Of a stretch of 58,514 bases of DNA, positions 37,323 through 46,352 are shown piece after piece. The stretch is from an uncultured Thermoanaerobaculia bacterium (lineage in GTDB: Bacteria > Acidobacteriota > UBA4820 > DSQY01). The notes beneath the pieces are model-generated. The model was not told the DNA's origin. It saw only the letters and a program-made list of their open reading frames with translations, and searched no databases. Location: assembly GCA_964537405.1 (NCBI GenBank), contig CAZIBS010000001.1, forward strand, positions 2,035 through 60,548, in the 5' to 3' direction. Numbering within the stretch: position 1 is the stretch's first letter; each line of letters starts with the position of its first letter. Position numbers and translations under genes: made by a program.

Positions 37323-38390
37323 ATGACCGATAAGAGTTCCTATAGGAAGAAATACGAGAGCCTTGCAAAGGCGTTCCGGTTGAAGTCCCAACGCCTCCGC
37401 TTTCTCTCCGAGGTCGTGCGGACCGCGAACTCTTTGCTCGAACCGGAGGCGGTTATCTCCTACATCATGGAGCGGATCCAGCTACTGGTATACTCCGAGG
37501 CGTGGAGCCTGCTGCTTCTGGATGAAAACGGGAAGTTCCTCGTTTTTACAAAGGCCCTGGGGGTAAACGCCGATGCCCTAAAGGGCAAGAAGCTCGGGCT
37601 TGGAGAAGGCATAGCCGGCCGCGTGGGCGCCACCGGACGCCCCATGATGGTCAACAACGTCAGGGCAAGCTCCTACTTCAACCAGGAGTTTGACAATATC
37701 TCCGGCTTCGTAACCCGATCAATCCTTTGCGTTCCTCTTCGGAGCCGTGGAAAGACGCTGGGCGTTATTGAAGTGATCAACAAATCGGATAAAGGAGATT
37801 TTTCGGAAGAGGACCTCGACACGGTGACCCTCTTCGCGGAACCGGTGGCGGTGGCTCTCGAAAACGCTTACCTCTTTCAACGCGTCCGCCGGATGACGCT
37901 GGTAGACGATCTCACCAAGCTCTACAACTCTCGCTATCTACACCAGGCCCTGGAGATAGAAATTACAAGGGGGCGAAGGTATAACTACCCCGTCGCCGTT
38001 ATCTTCATGGACCTGGATAGCTTCAAACAGGTCAATGACCGCTTCGGCCACCTGGTAGGCAGCGAGACCTTAAAGGTCGTAGGCAGCCTGCTCAAAGACG
38101 TGGTTCGCAACGTGGATATTATAGCCCGCTACGGTGGAGACGAGTTTACCCTCATCCTGCCGAATACGGATTCCTCCGGGGCTCTTCTCGTAGCTGGGCG
38201 GCTACTTCGGGAAATAGTCGACCACGACTACGGTGAATCTCCCGGCTATCCATTCAGCCTCTCCGCAAGCTTCGGCATTGCCTCCTTTCCGGACCACGGC
38301 GACAACCCCGAAGCATTGATCCAAAAGGCGGACCAGGCCATGTACCGGGTCAAGGAATCCACTAAAAACGATTGCGCCATCTTCGCTTAG
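37323..38390 (+). CDS. GAF-GGDEF diguanylate cyclase
   Basis: GAF (GEGIAG, SILCVPL, GVIEVIN); DLDSFKQVNDRFGH; RNVD I-site; RYGGDEF. Confidence 0.92.
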   Translation: MTDKSSYRKKYESLAKAFRLKSQRLRFLSEVVRTANSLLEPEAVISYIMERIQLLVYSEAWSLLLLDENGKFLVFTKALGVNADALKGKKLGLGEGIAGRVGATGRPMMVNNVRASSYFNQEFDNISGFVTRSILCVPLRSRGKTLGVIEVINKSDKGDFSEEDLDTVTLFAEPVAVALENAYLFQRVRRMTLVDDLTKLYNSRYLHQALEIEITRGRRYNYPVAVIFMDLDSFKQVNDRFGHLVGSETLKVVGSLLKDVVRNVDIIARYGGDEFTLILPNTDSSGALLVAGRLLREIVDHDYGESPGYPFSLSASFGIASFPDHGDNPEALIQKADQAMYRVKESTKNDCAIFA

Positions 38391-38399
38391 GAGTTCTGT

Positions 38400-39431
38400 A
38401 TGTCTTTCAGCTTCCGCTCTCCCTTTTCTTTTCTCTCCAACGATCTTGCAATAGACCTGGGAACCGCCTATACGCTGGTTTTTATCAAAGGCAAGGGCAT
38501 CGTCCTGCGAGAGCCTTCCATCGTGGCGCTCAACCAAAAGACCGGCAAGATAGAGGCTGTTGGAAACGAGGCCAAGGAGATGCTTGGTAGGACTCCAGGG
38601 AATATTAAGGCCATCCGGCCGATGAAAGACGGTGTTATAGCCGACTTCGAACAGACCGAACGCATGCTGGACTACTTCATCAAGAAGGCCCACAATCGGA
38701 AGTGGGTGGTCAGGCCCAGGATCGTGATCTGCATTCCCAGCCAGATAACCCAGGTTGAAAAGAGAGCCGTCAGGGATTCGGCTTACAGGGCAAAGGCTTC
38801 CTACGTAGCGATGATTGAAGAACCGATGGCGGCGGCAGTAGGAGCAGGCATGCCTATCACGGAGCCCACGGGAAACATTATCGTGGATATCGGCGGAGGA
38901 ACTACGGATGTCGCCGTTATTTCAATGGCCGGTATTGTATACTCGCGCACCGTCAGGATCGCTGGAAACGAGATGGACGAAGCCATCATTCAGTTCATCA
39001 AGAAGAAGTACAGCCTTTTGATCGGGGAAAGGTTCGCTGAAGAGGTCAAGATACGGCTGGGTTCCGCCTATCCGATGAAGGAAGAAGAAACGATGGATGT
39101 CAAAGGACGCGACCTGATCGACGGAATCCCCAAGACCCTCGCCATTTCCTCCGAAGAGATCCGCGAGGCTCTCTCCGAGACGGTCTCTGTAATCATTGAC
39201 GCGGTCAAACAGGCCCTAGAACAGACTCCACCTGAACTTGCCGCCGATATCGTGGACCGCGGTATCGTCATGACGGGAGGTGGTTCACTGCTGAAGAACC
39301 TTGACAAGCGGCTCCGGGAGGAAACAGGCCTTCCGGTACTTATCGCGGACGATCCCCTTTCTTCGGTAGTTCTCGGAGCGGGGGCAATGCTCGATGACTT
39401 TGCACTTCTGAAGAGGGTTGCCGTGGAGTAG
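38400..39431 (+). CDS. mreB: Rod shape-determining protein MreB
   Basis: AIDLGTA, RPMKDGVIADF, DIGGGTTD, TGGGSLL. Confidence 0.97.
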   Translation: MSFSFRSPFSFLSNDLAIDLGTAYTLVFIKGKGIVLREPSIVALNQKTGKIEAVGNEAKEMLGRTPGNIKAIRPMKDGVIADFEQTERMLDYFIKKAHNRKWVVRPRIVICIPSQITQVEKRAVRDSAYRAKASYVAMIEEPMAAAVGAGMPITEPTGNIIVDIGGGTTDVAVISMAGIVYSRTVRIAGNEMDEAIIQFIKKKYSLLIGERFAEEVKIRLGSAYPMKEEETMDVKGRDLIDGIPKTLAISSEEIREALSETVSVIIDAVKQALEQTPPELAADIVDRGIVMTGGGSLLKNLDKRLREETGLPVLIADDPLSSVVLGAGAMLDDFALLKRVAVE

Positions 39432-40246
39432 TGATGACTCCAAGAACTCTTATCCAACGTCCCGGGATTCTGCTTCTCTTCCTGGTATCCGCCTACCTTG
39501 TGGGACTTACCATCCAGGTTCACCGGGGAGGAAGAACCGTTCTCGGTAACGTGACAATGACGGTTTTCAGCCCCCTTCTTGAAACCTTCAACGGCGCCTC
39601 AAGATTCACGAGAGAAGGACTGGACGCCTATTTTTGGCAGAGAGACGCGGCGGAAAGGGCGGAAAAGCTGGAGGTTGACAACCTGATTCTCAAAACCCGG
39701 CTCCAGAGGCGTTTGTTCCTGGAAGGAGAAAACAACCGGCTGAGAAGACTCCTCCACGCGCCGAGGCCGGAATCCATGGCAGCCATTCCCGGCCGCGCCT
39801 TCACGCGCTTCGGATCCTCGTTTGCCAAGTATCTTATCGTATCGGTGAACTCCTCCAGCCCCATTCCGCTGAAGAGCCCGGTTATCACCGACGCCGGTGT
39901 TGTCGGGCGGGTGGTTGGCCACGTGGGAAGCTCCTACAAAGTCCTCCTTCTTACCAATCCAACCAGTGCAATAGGGGTTGTTTCCCGTCGTACCGGAGTT
40001 CGCGGAGTTGCCGTGGGAGACGGAGACCACATGGTAATCAAGTGGGTTTCGACGCGGGCGGACGTGAAGGTGGGCGACCTCTTTGAAACATCCGGAGAGG
40101 ACGGCGTCTTTCCCGCGGGAATCGCCGTGTGCTCGGCAACATCGGTTTCCAACGGAGGCAAGTATTTCAAGGTAATCACCGCAAATCCGCGGTGCCGCGT
40201 GGACAAACTGGGATGGGTTCTTTTCCTGGTGAAGCACGATGGCTAG
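39431..40246 (+). CDS. mreC: Rod shape-determining protein MreC
   Basis: TM helix, ENNRLRRLL, GVVGRV, TSGEDGVFPAG; position after mreB. Confidence 0.9.
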   Translation: MMTPRTLIQRPGILLLFLVSAYLVGLTIQVHRGGRTVLGNVTMTVFSPLLETFNGASRFTREGLDAYFWQRDAAERAEKLEVDNLILKTRLQRRLFLEGENNRLRRLLHAPRPESMAAIPGRAFTRFGSSFAKYLIVSVNSSSPIPLKSPVITDAGVVGRVVGHVGSSYKVLLLTNPTSAIGVVSRRTGVRGVAVGDGDHMVIKWVSTRADVKVGDLFETSGEDGVFPAGIAVCSATSVSNGGKYFKVITANPRCRVDKLGWVLFLVKHDG

Positions 40247-40721
40247 GAAGGTTATTGCGATTCTGGTTCTGTTCCTCACCGCTACGGTGATCCAGGTGCT
40301 ACTCCCCATTCTCCCCGGGGGACTGTCGTTCGCAAATCCTTTTCTCGCACTCCTCGTCGTGCTGGCTCTCAGGCAGGGAACGTTGGCGGGAGTCTTATGG
40401 GGTGCCTCTCTTGGCGCCGTCAGCGATACTTTCGCGATGCCCTACCTGGGTTTTCACGGATTGGCCTTCTCCATAGCGGGTTACTTGCTGGGCTGGGCCG
40501 GAAGCCGGTTCCTGTTGGAGGGTTTTCTCCCCCCGCTTATCTTCTCTTGTGCCGCTTTCTTTCTGGATACCTTGGTGGTCGGTGTCCTCTACGCGATGTT
40601 GAAGCTTGAGCTTCCGTCGCCATTTCTTTACCCGCTACTGGCCGGAGGGGTGCTTACGGTCGTAACGGCGCTTGGTCTCGAAGCGCTCTACCAGAGGATC
40701 TACCCAAAGGACCTCAGATGA
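40239..40721 (+). CDS. mreD: Rod shape-determining protein MreD
   Basis: Hydrophobic 160-aa protein between mreC and mrdA. Confidence 0.8.
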   Translation: MARKVIAILVLFLTATVIQVLLPILPGGLSFANPFLALLVVLALRQGTLAGVLWGASLGAVSDTFAMPYLGFHGLAFSIAGYLLGWAGSRFLLEGFLPPLIFSCAAFFLDTLVVGVLYAMLKLELPSPFLYPLLAGGVLTVVTALGLEALYQRIYPKDLR

Positions 40722-42583
40722 GTTCCACGCCGTCCACGGAGTTCGAACGCAAGCTAAAGTTCTTGTCATTTATTCTATGGGCCATCTTTCTCGTTTTCAG
40801 TGTCAGGCTCTTTTACCTTCAAGTGATTCAAGGTCGGTACTACGAGCTTTTGAGCGAGAACAACTACTCAAGGTCCGTAGTCATCAGGAGTCCGCGCGGA
40901 GACCTGTTGGACGACAGGGGTAGGGTCCTGGCCAGGAATCGCGTATCCTTCGCGCTGGTTCTCAACACGGCCGGAGGGAAGCTCACCGGTAAACTGGCGG
41001 CAATAAAACGGGTTCTCAACATGGATTTCTCTCCGCGCGGGATCCAGGTGGCATCAAAGCGCAACGCGGTTCCGAATCTCACCGTAATCGCGCGAGACGT
41101 GCCGGTACAGACGCTGGAGAAGGTCGAGGCGAACCAGGAGGAACTTCCTTTTCTTCGCATAGAGATGGAACTCCGGAGGGAGTATCCCTTCGGCGAGCTG
41201 GCCAGCCACGTCCTTGGTTACGTAGGGTTGATCTCCCGCCGCGAGGCTCAAAAGATTCCGGCGGAGGAGAGAGATCCCTTTACCGAAGTCGGCAAGTCCG
41301 GTGTGGAGAAGATGGCCAACGCCATACTCTCCGGAAGGAATGGCTTGCGAACGATACAGGTGGACAGCCACGGCAGGGAGGTAAGCGACCCGAGATTGGT
41401 GCTGCCCGGGGTAAGAAAGCTCCGCAAGCCGGTTCCGGGAAAGGATATTTCACTTACCTTGGATGCGGGTCTTCAAGCCGTTTTGGAGAAAGCCTTCGGG
41501 GAAGAAGCGGGCTCGGCGGTCTTTATGAACCCGCAGACCGGCGCCATTCTCGCGTGGGTCTCCCTTCCGAACTTCGACCCGAATCTCTTTTCATCCGGCC
41601 TCAAACCTGCCCAGTGGAAGTCCATAATGGACGATCCGAAACACCCGCTTCTGAATCGTCCCATCCAGGGAATCTATCCGCCCGGTTCCGCCTTCAAGCC
41701 CTTGGTGGCTCTGGCGGGACTTGAGGAAGGACTTCTCAGCGCCGGCACCACCTTCTTCTGTCCGGGTTACTGGATTTTCGGCGGACGCGTCTGGCACTGC
41801 TGGACCGTGCATGGAAAGGTAAATCTCATTGTAGCGCTCCAGAACTCCTGCAACGTTTTCTTCTACCACGCTGCCAACCTTGTCGGCATAGAGAACCTGG
41901 ACAAGTGGGGCGCCCTCATGGGATTCGGAGAAAAAACGGGGGTAGGGCTGCCTGGAGAGCGAAGCGGTACCCTTCCAAGCCCGGCGTGGAAACGAGCAAG
42001 GAAACTCGGGAATTGGGTGCCGGGCGACACGCTTCCCGTCGGAATAGGACAGGGCTACCTTACGGTTACTCCCCTACAGTTGCTCGATTTCTATGCCGCG
42101 CTCGCCTCCGGCGGAAAACGCTATCGACCCAGCTTCGTCAAGCAAAAACCGGAACTCATTGCCTCCGTGAAGCTGTCTCCCGAGGCCCTTGCCGTCGTGA
42201 AAGAAGGGCTCTGGCGCGTTGTAAACGCCGGCGGGACCGGTGTAGCGTGTGCCATTCCCGGGCTCGGAGTCTGCGCAAAGACCGGTACGGCGCAGGTTGT
42301 AAAGGCGAGCGCGGGCCGAAACACCATGTCGCTCCCAAAGAAGGAAAGGGATCACGCGTGGTTCGCCGGTTTTGCTCCGCGGGACAACGCCGCCGTGGCC
42401 TTTGTCGTCATGGTTGAACACGGTGGACACGGAGGAGGATTAGCCGCCAGGATTGCGCGCAAGGGCCTGGAGTATCTCTATTTCGGCCGCGCGCCCGGAG
42501 GCCTCCCAAAGGGACTGTCGCTGCCCGGTAAGGATTCAGGGATGCTAAGTTTTCCCCCGGCCGGGAAGGCGCCGCGAAGATGA
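40718..42583 (+). CDS. mrdA: Penicillin-binding protein 2
   Basis: PGSAFK (SxxK), SCN, KTGT, DHAWF. Confidence 0.95.
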   Translation: MSSTPSTEFERKLKFLSFILWAIFLVFSVRLFYLQVIQGRYYELLSENNYSRSVVIRSPRGDLLDDRGRVLARNRVSFALVLNTAGGKLTGKLAAIKRVLNMDFSPRGIQVASKRNAVPNLTVIARDVPVQTLEKVEANQEELPFLRIEMELRREYPFGELASHVLGYVGLISRREAQKIPAEERDPFTEVGKSGVEKMANAILSGRNGLRTIQVDSHGREVSDPRLVLPGVRKLRKPVPGKDISLTLDAGLQAVLEKAFGEEAGSAVFMNPQTGAILAWVSLPNFDPNLFSSGLKPAQWKSIMDDPKHPLLNRPIQGIYPPGSAFKPLVALAGLEEGLLSAGTTFFCPGYWIFGGRVWHCWTVHGKVNLIVALQNSCNVFFYHAANLVGIENLDKWGALMGFGEKTGVGLPGERSGTLPSPAWKRARKLGNWVPGDTLPVGIGQGYLTVTPLQLLDFYAALASGGKRYRPSFVKQKPELIASVKLSPEALAVVKEGLWRVVNAGGTGVACAIPGLGVCAKTGTAQVVKASAGRNTMSLPKKERDHAWFAGFAPRDNAAVAFVVMVEHGGHGGGLAARIARKGLEYLYFGRAPGGLPKGLSLPGKDSGMLSFPPAGKAPRR

Positions 42584-42604
42584 CCAGGAAACGGATGGGA
42601 AGCG

Positions 42605-43714
42605 ATGAAAGATGAACTGAAGAACCTGTGGAGTGCGACAGACCGCGTAGCCACCCTGTTGGTATTCCTGCTTGTGGGCGCCGGGCTGGTGATGATCCGG
42701 TCGGCGACAATTGGAACGCGCTTCGCTCCTCTTGCTACGAAACAGGTTGTGTGGGCGGGGGTCGGCGCGGTCGCCTTCGTCGCGGCTTTCGTTGTTCCCT
42801 ACGAGACGTGGATCGAATACGCTTACATTATATACGGATGCTCCATAGCTTCCCTCGTCGCCGTTTTCCTCATAGGCCACTCGGTTGCGGGTTCGCGTTC
42901 CTGGATTACCATGGGTTCTATTGGCTTCCAACCCTCCGAATTCGCCAAGGTGGCTTGTATACTTGCGGGCGCGGCTTATCTCAAGGGGCTCTCCGGCAAA
43001 CGCGCCGGAGCGAAGGAGGCTTTCATAGTGTCCATGTTGGTGGGCCTGCCAGCCGCGTTGACGTTTCTGCAACCCGACTTCGGAACCGCAACAACCTTTC
43101 TTCCCATCGCCATCGCCGGTTTTTACCTCAGCGATCTGCCCCTCTCCAGGCTGCTGAAGTGGAGCGCTATTGCTTTTATTGTCGTGGTTGTGCTGTTCAT
43201 TATCGGCTGGTTCACATTCTTCAAAGTGTACCAGAAGGAGCGCCTTATAACCTTCGTCAATCCCTCAAGCGATGCACGCGGCGCAGGATACCAGGTAAAG
43301 CAGGCGGAAATAGCGGTGGGGTCGGGAAAGCTCACCGGCAAGGGTTTGTACTCGGGAAGCCAGAACAGGCTCAACTTCCTTCCGGCTCCCCATACTGATT
43401 TCATATTCGGGGTTCTCGCGGAGGAGACCGGGTTTGTCGGGAGCATCGCTGTTCTGGGGGCATTCCTATTCCTCCTATCGCGCTTTCTGGCCGCCTCCAG
43501 GGTAGCGCGTGATCTTGAGGGGCGTTTCATTGCCATAGCACTCTTCTCCCTTGTTCTATACCACGTTATTGTCAATATCGGCATGGTCATCGGGCTTCTT
43601 CCGACCACCGGGATACCCTTGCCCTTCCTCTCCTACGGCGGCTCTTTTCTCGTCTCGATGTGCCTGTTGGCGGGCCTGGCGGGCAACGTATACGCGAGGA
43701 GGTTTGTACAATGA
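42605..43714 (+). CDS. rodA: SEDS glycosyltransferase RodA
   Basis: FQPSEFAK, QPDFGT, HTDFIF, GIPLPFLSYGGS. Confidence 0.95.
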   Translation: MKDELKNLWSATDRVATLLVFLLVGAGLVMIRSATIGTRFAPLATKQVVWAGVGAVAFVAAFVVPYETWIEYAYIIYGCSIASLVAVFLIGHSVAGSRSWITMGSIGFQPSEFAKVACILAGAAYLKGLSGKRAGAKEAFIVSMLVGLPAALTFLQPDFGTATTFLPIAIAGFYLSDLPLSRLLKWSAIAFIVVVVLFIIGWFTFFKVYQKERLITFVNPSSDARGAGYQVKQAEIAVGSGKLTGKGLYSGSQNRLNFLPAPHTDFIFGVLAEETGFVGSIAVLGAFLFLLSRFLAASRVARDLEGRFIAIALFSLVLYHVIVNIGMVIGLLPTTGIPLPFLSYGGSFLVSMCLLAGLAGNVYARRFVQ

Positions 43715-44727
43715 ACGCACGGTACTCCAGGCAGGCTCTCCTGCCATGGATAGGGGAAGATGGCCAGAAGCGCATCGAAGCCTCCGGTGTGGCGATTGTC
43801 GGTCTCGGTGCACTTGGTTCCATCTGCGCCGAGTTCCTGGCCAGGGCCGGCACCGCTCGAATGGCGATCGTGGACAGGGATTTGGTCGAAGAGAGCAACC
43901 TTCAGCGGCAACTTCTCTATACCGAGGAGGACCGGCGCGCCCGTCTTCCAAAGGCCGTGGCGGCCGAACGCAGGCTTCTGAAGGTAAGACCTGACCTGAA
44001 AATCGAAGTGCTTAACGAGGACCTTAGCGCCGAATCGGTTCTCCACCTGGTGGAGAGTTACGACGTGGTGCTGGACGGAACGGACAACTTCGAAACGCGT
44101 TACCTTATCAATGACGCCGCCGTCTCCAGGAAAAAACCGTGGGTATACGCCGGGGCCGTTTCAAGCTACGGAAGCGTCATGGTGATCAGGCCGGGGGACA
44201 GCCCCTGCCTGCGGTGTGTTTTTCCAACGCCGCCCGAAGCCGGCTCGACTCCAACCTGTGCAACCGCCGGGATCCTCGGCCCGGCCGCGGGCGCCATAGC
44301 CTCCATTGAGGCGGGAGAAGCCATTAAGTTGCTTGCCGGAAGGGAAGACCTCTGCCTACCCGGGCTCTTCACCCTCGACCTTGGAGCCATGACACTGGCC
44401 AGGGTTAGAATTCCGCGTGATCCCAATTGTTCCTGTTGCACGGATCATGACTTTGAGTTCCTTGATGAAAGAAAGGGCACCAGGATGCAGCGTCTCTGCG
44501 GTAGCGACGCCATCCTCCTCCTTGCGCCGAGGGGAACCACGCTGGACCTTCCATTCGTAGCGAAGCGCCTTGAGGCTTACGCAGCGGTGTACGTGAACTC
44601 CCACCTTATCCAGACGCAATGGGATGGGCACCCCGTAACCCTCTACAAAGACGGACGCGCATTGATCCGCGGAATCTCAGCTCCGGCCCACGCCCACGCC
44701 TTGTACGCCCGCTATCTCGGCACCTAA
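43711..44727 (+). CDS. ThiF/MoeB-family adenylyltransferase
   Basis: RYSRQ, GLGALG, DRDLVEESNLQRQ, DNFETR, PCLRC; ATG at 43711 overlaps the rodA stop. Confidence 0.92.
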   Translation: MNARYSRQALLPWIGEDGQKRIEASGVAIVGLGALGSICAEFLARAGTARMAIVDRDLVEESNLQRQLLYTEEDRRARLPKAVAAERRLLKVRPDLKIEVLNEDLSAESVLHLVESYDVVLDGTDNFETRYLINDAAVSRKKPWVYAGAVSSYGSVMVIRPGDSPCLRCVFPTPPEAGSTPTCATAGILGPAAGAIASIEAGEAIKLLAGREDLCLPGLFTLDLGAMTLARVRIPRDPNCSCCTDHDFEFLDERKGTRMQRLCGSDAILLLAPRGTTLDLPFVAKRLEAYAAVYVNSHLIQTQWDGHPVTLYKDGRALIRGISAPAHAHALYARYLGT

Positions 44728-44857
44728 ATCTCTGTGTCGAGCCTCGGGCTTGCTTGTGCGACGTACAAATGCACGCCTCCGCGCAACCCCTTGCTCTCCT
44801 TGATCTTGCGAAAAATTCCTCGTTTCCGAACCGGAACCTCCACTTTTCGGAAATCAT

Positions 44858-46246
44858 CTAAGCCCTCTCCGCCACCCCCGGTCCCCGGTTGGATGGCGGG
44901 TCCCGGACTATCTCCTCCTTGATCCCTCCCACGGCCTTGACCATGTGGGGGAAGAGAAAGGAGGTGGAGCATAGCCTGCCGGCCATGAAGGCGTAGGCGG
45001 CAGCCGTTACGCCCACCATGTGGAAGAGCCAGATTCCGGAAGAGAGCATCACGGCGACCCCGGCTACTTCGAGACCCGTCCCCCATGTGATGGGAGCAGT
45101 CTTGCGAGCGCTCACGAGCATGGCCTGTTCGAAGGAAAACAGGACGGAGAGCGCCGGCATGAGGGTGAGAATGCGCACCGGAACCAAGGCTAAATGGGTA
45201 AGCGCAGGCGAAAGTCCCGATATCCCTTCGAACCAAAAAACCGCGAGCGGACTCCAGCCGATAATCGCCAGACCGGCCGCCGCACAGACTCCCAGTATTG
45301 CAGCGAAACGTTTTAAAGCAGGGTAACCGCGTCCTCCTTCGCCAAGAAGGGCTATGCCAACCTCCTGGTAGGCGAGTCCCATGCTCCTGAAAATAAACAC
45401 CAGGGAGTTGACAACCGGAAGTACGGCGAGCGACTCAATTGGCAGGCGACTCTGGCCCAGACAAAAGGTGACGAGCGGATTGATGGCCAGGATGAGCATG
45501 GAGGTAAGCGCCAGCGGATAGTAGAAGGTGGAAATGTAGCGGTACGTTAATTCGGTGTCGGCGGCGTTTTTTAAGCTCTCCGAAGATTGCGTCTCTCCCA
45601 CAATATCCCGGATGCTGCGACCAGCCATGACGCGGCTGGCCAGCGCCTCCATCGTCACTCCCACGGAAAGGGCAGCGGCGCCCACAACCGCTCCAGGCAT
45701 GCCCCCCTTTAAGAATAAAATCAGGCCGGTCGAAGCCATGAATAGCAGCCTGACTACCGTTCCCAGTGCGACAAGGCGGGTCTTCCCCTTTCGAATCAAA
45801 ATGCCGTGGTTGAATCTCCGGTAACCGATTGCCGCCGGCCATGGTAAGAGTAGAAGGGAGGCTAAATGGGTGAGCTGCGCCACGTTGGAGGGCAGTTTCA
45901 TGAACCCTTCGACGATGGGAAAGAAGACGCGAGGCGCCAGAAAAATTATCCACAGCAAGGTTATTGCGGCATTCAGCAGGAAGGTGAAGTTGCGCAGCTT
46001 GAAGTAGGCGACCCGGTTTTTTACGAGGGCTGTCGAGGCGCTCATTATCATGATTATGGGAGACTCAAGAATCAGTGCGAAGGCGAAGGCGACGCCGAAG
46101 GCCGCCAGGTTTATGATCGGATGGTCGAGCCTGGCTATTATGGCCGCGATGTAAGGACCTTCCGCCGCCATCATAAACCACGTGGCCGCCAGCGGCGACC
46201 AAAAATGGAATATCCTTTTAACCGTTAAATCTTTCTTATACGCCAC
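44858..46246 (-). CDS. MATE/MOP-superfamily-like polytopic membrane protein
   Basis: About 12 hydrophobic segments in two similar halves (FWSPLAATW / FYYPLALTS). Confidence 0.6.
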   Translation of the reverse strand: MAYKKDLTVKRIFHFWSPLAATWFMMAAEGPYIAAIIARLDHPIINLAAFGVAFAFALILESPIIMIMSASTALVKNRVAYFKLRNFTFLLNAAITLLWIIFLAPRVFFPIVEGFMKLPSNVAQLTHLASLLLLPWPAAIGYRRFNHGILIRKGKTRLVALGTVVRLLFMASTGLILFLKGGMPGAVVGAAALSVGVTMEALASRVMAGRSIRDIVGETQSSESLKNAADTELTYRYISTFYYPLALTSMLILAINPLVTFCLGQSRLPIESLAVLPVVNSLVFIFRSMGLAYQEVGIALLGEGGRGYPALKRFAAILGVCAAAGLAIIGWSPLAVFWFEGISGLSPALTHLALVPVRILTLMPALSVLFSFEQAMLVSARKTAPITWGTGLEVAGVAVMLSSGIWLFHMVGVTAAAYAFMAGRLCSTSFLFPHMVKAVGGIKEEIVRDPPSNRGPGVAERA

Positions 46247-46352
46247 TTCTTCAACACCTTTTCAAATCATCCGCGGGGCGATCCCCGCGCTGCTCCATCC
46301 GATGGTATCATTGTTGGGTTGGTTTGCCCGCGCAGGCAAAGGGAGGCAAAAC

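Noticed and set aside
46182-46352. Longer start for the REC-asparaginase gene
   Set aside because: It overlaps the divergent membrane-protein gene; GGGAGG precedes ATG 46353, where the receiver fold begins.
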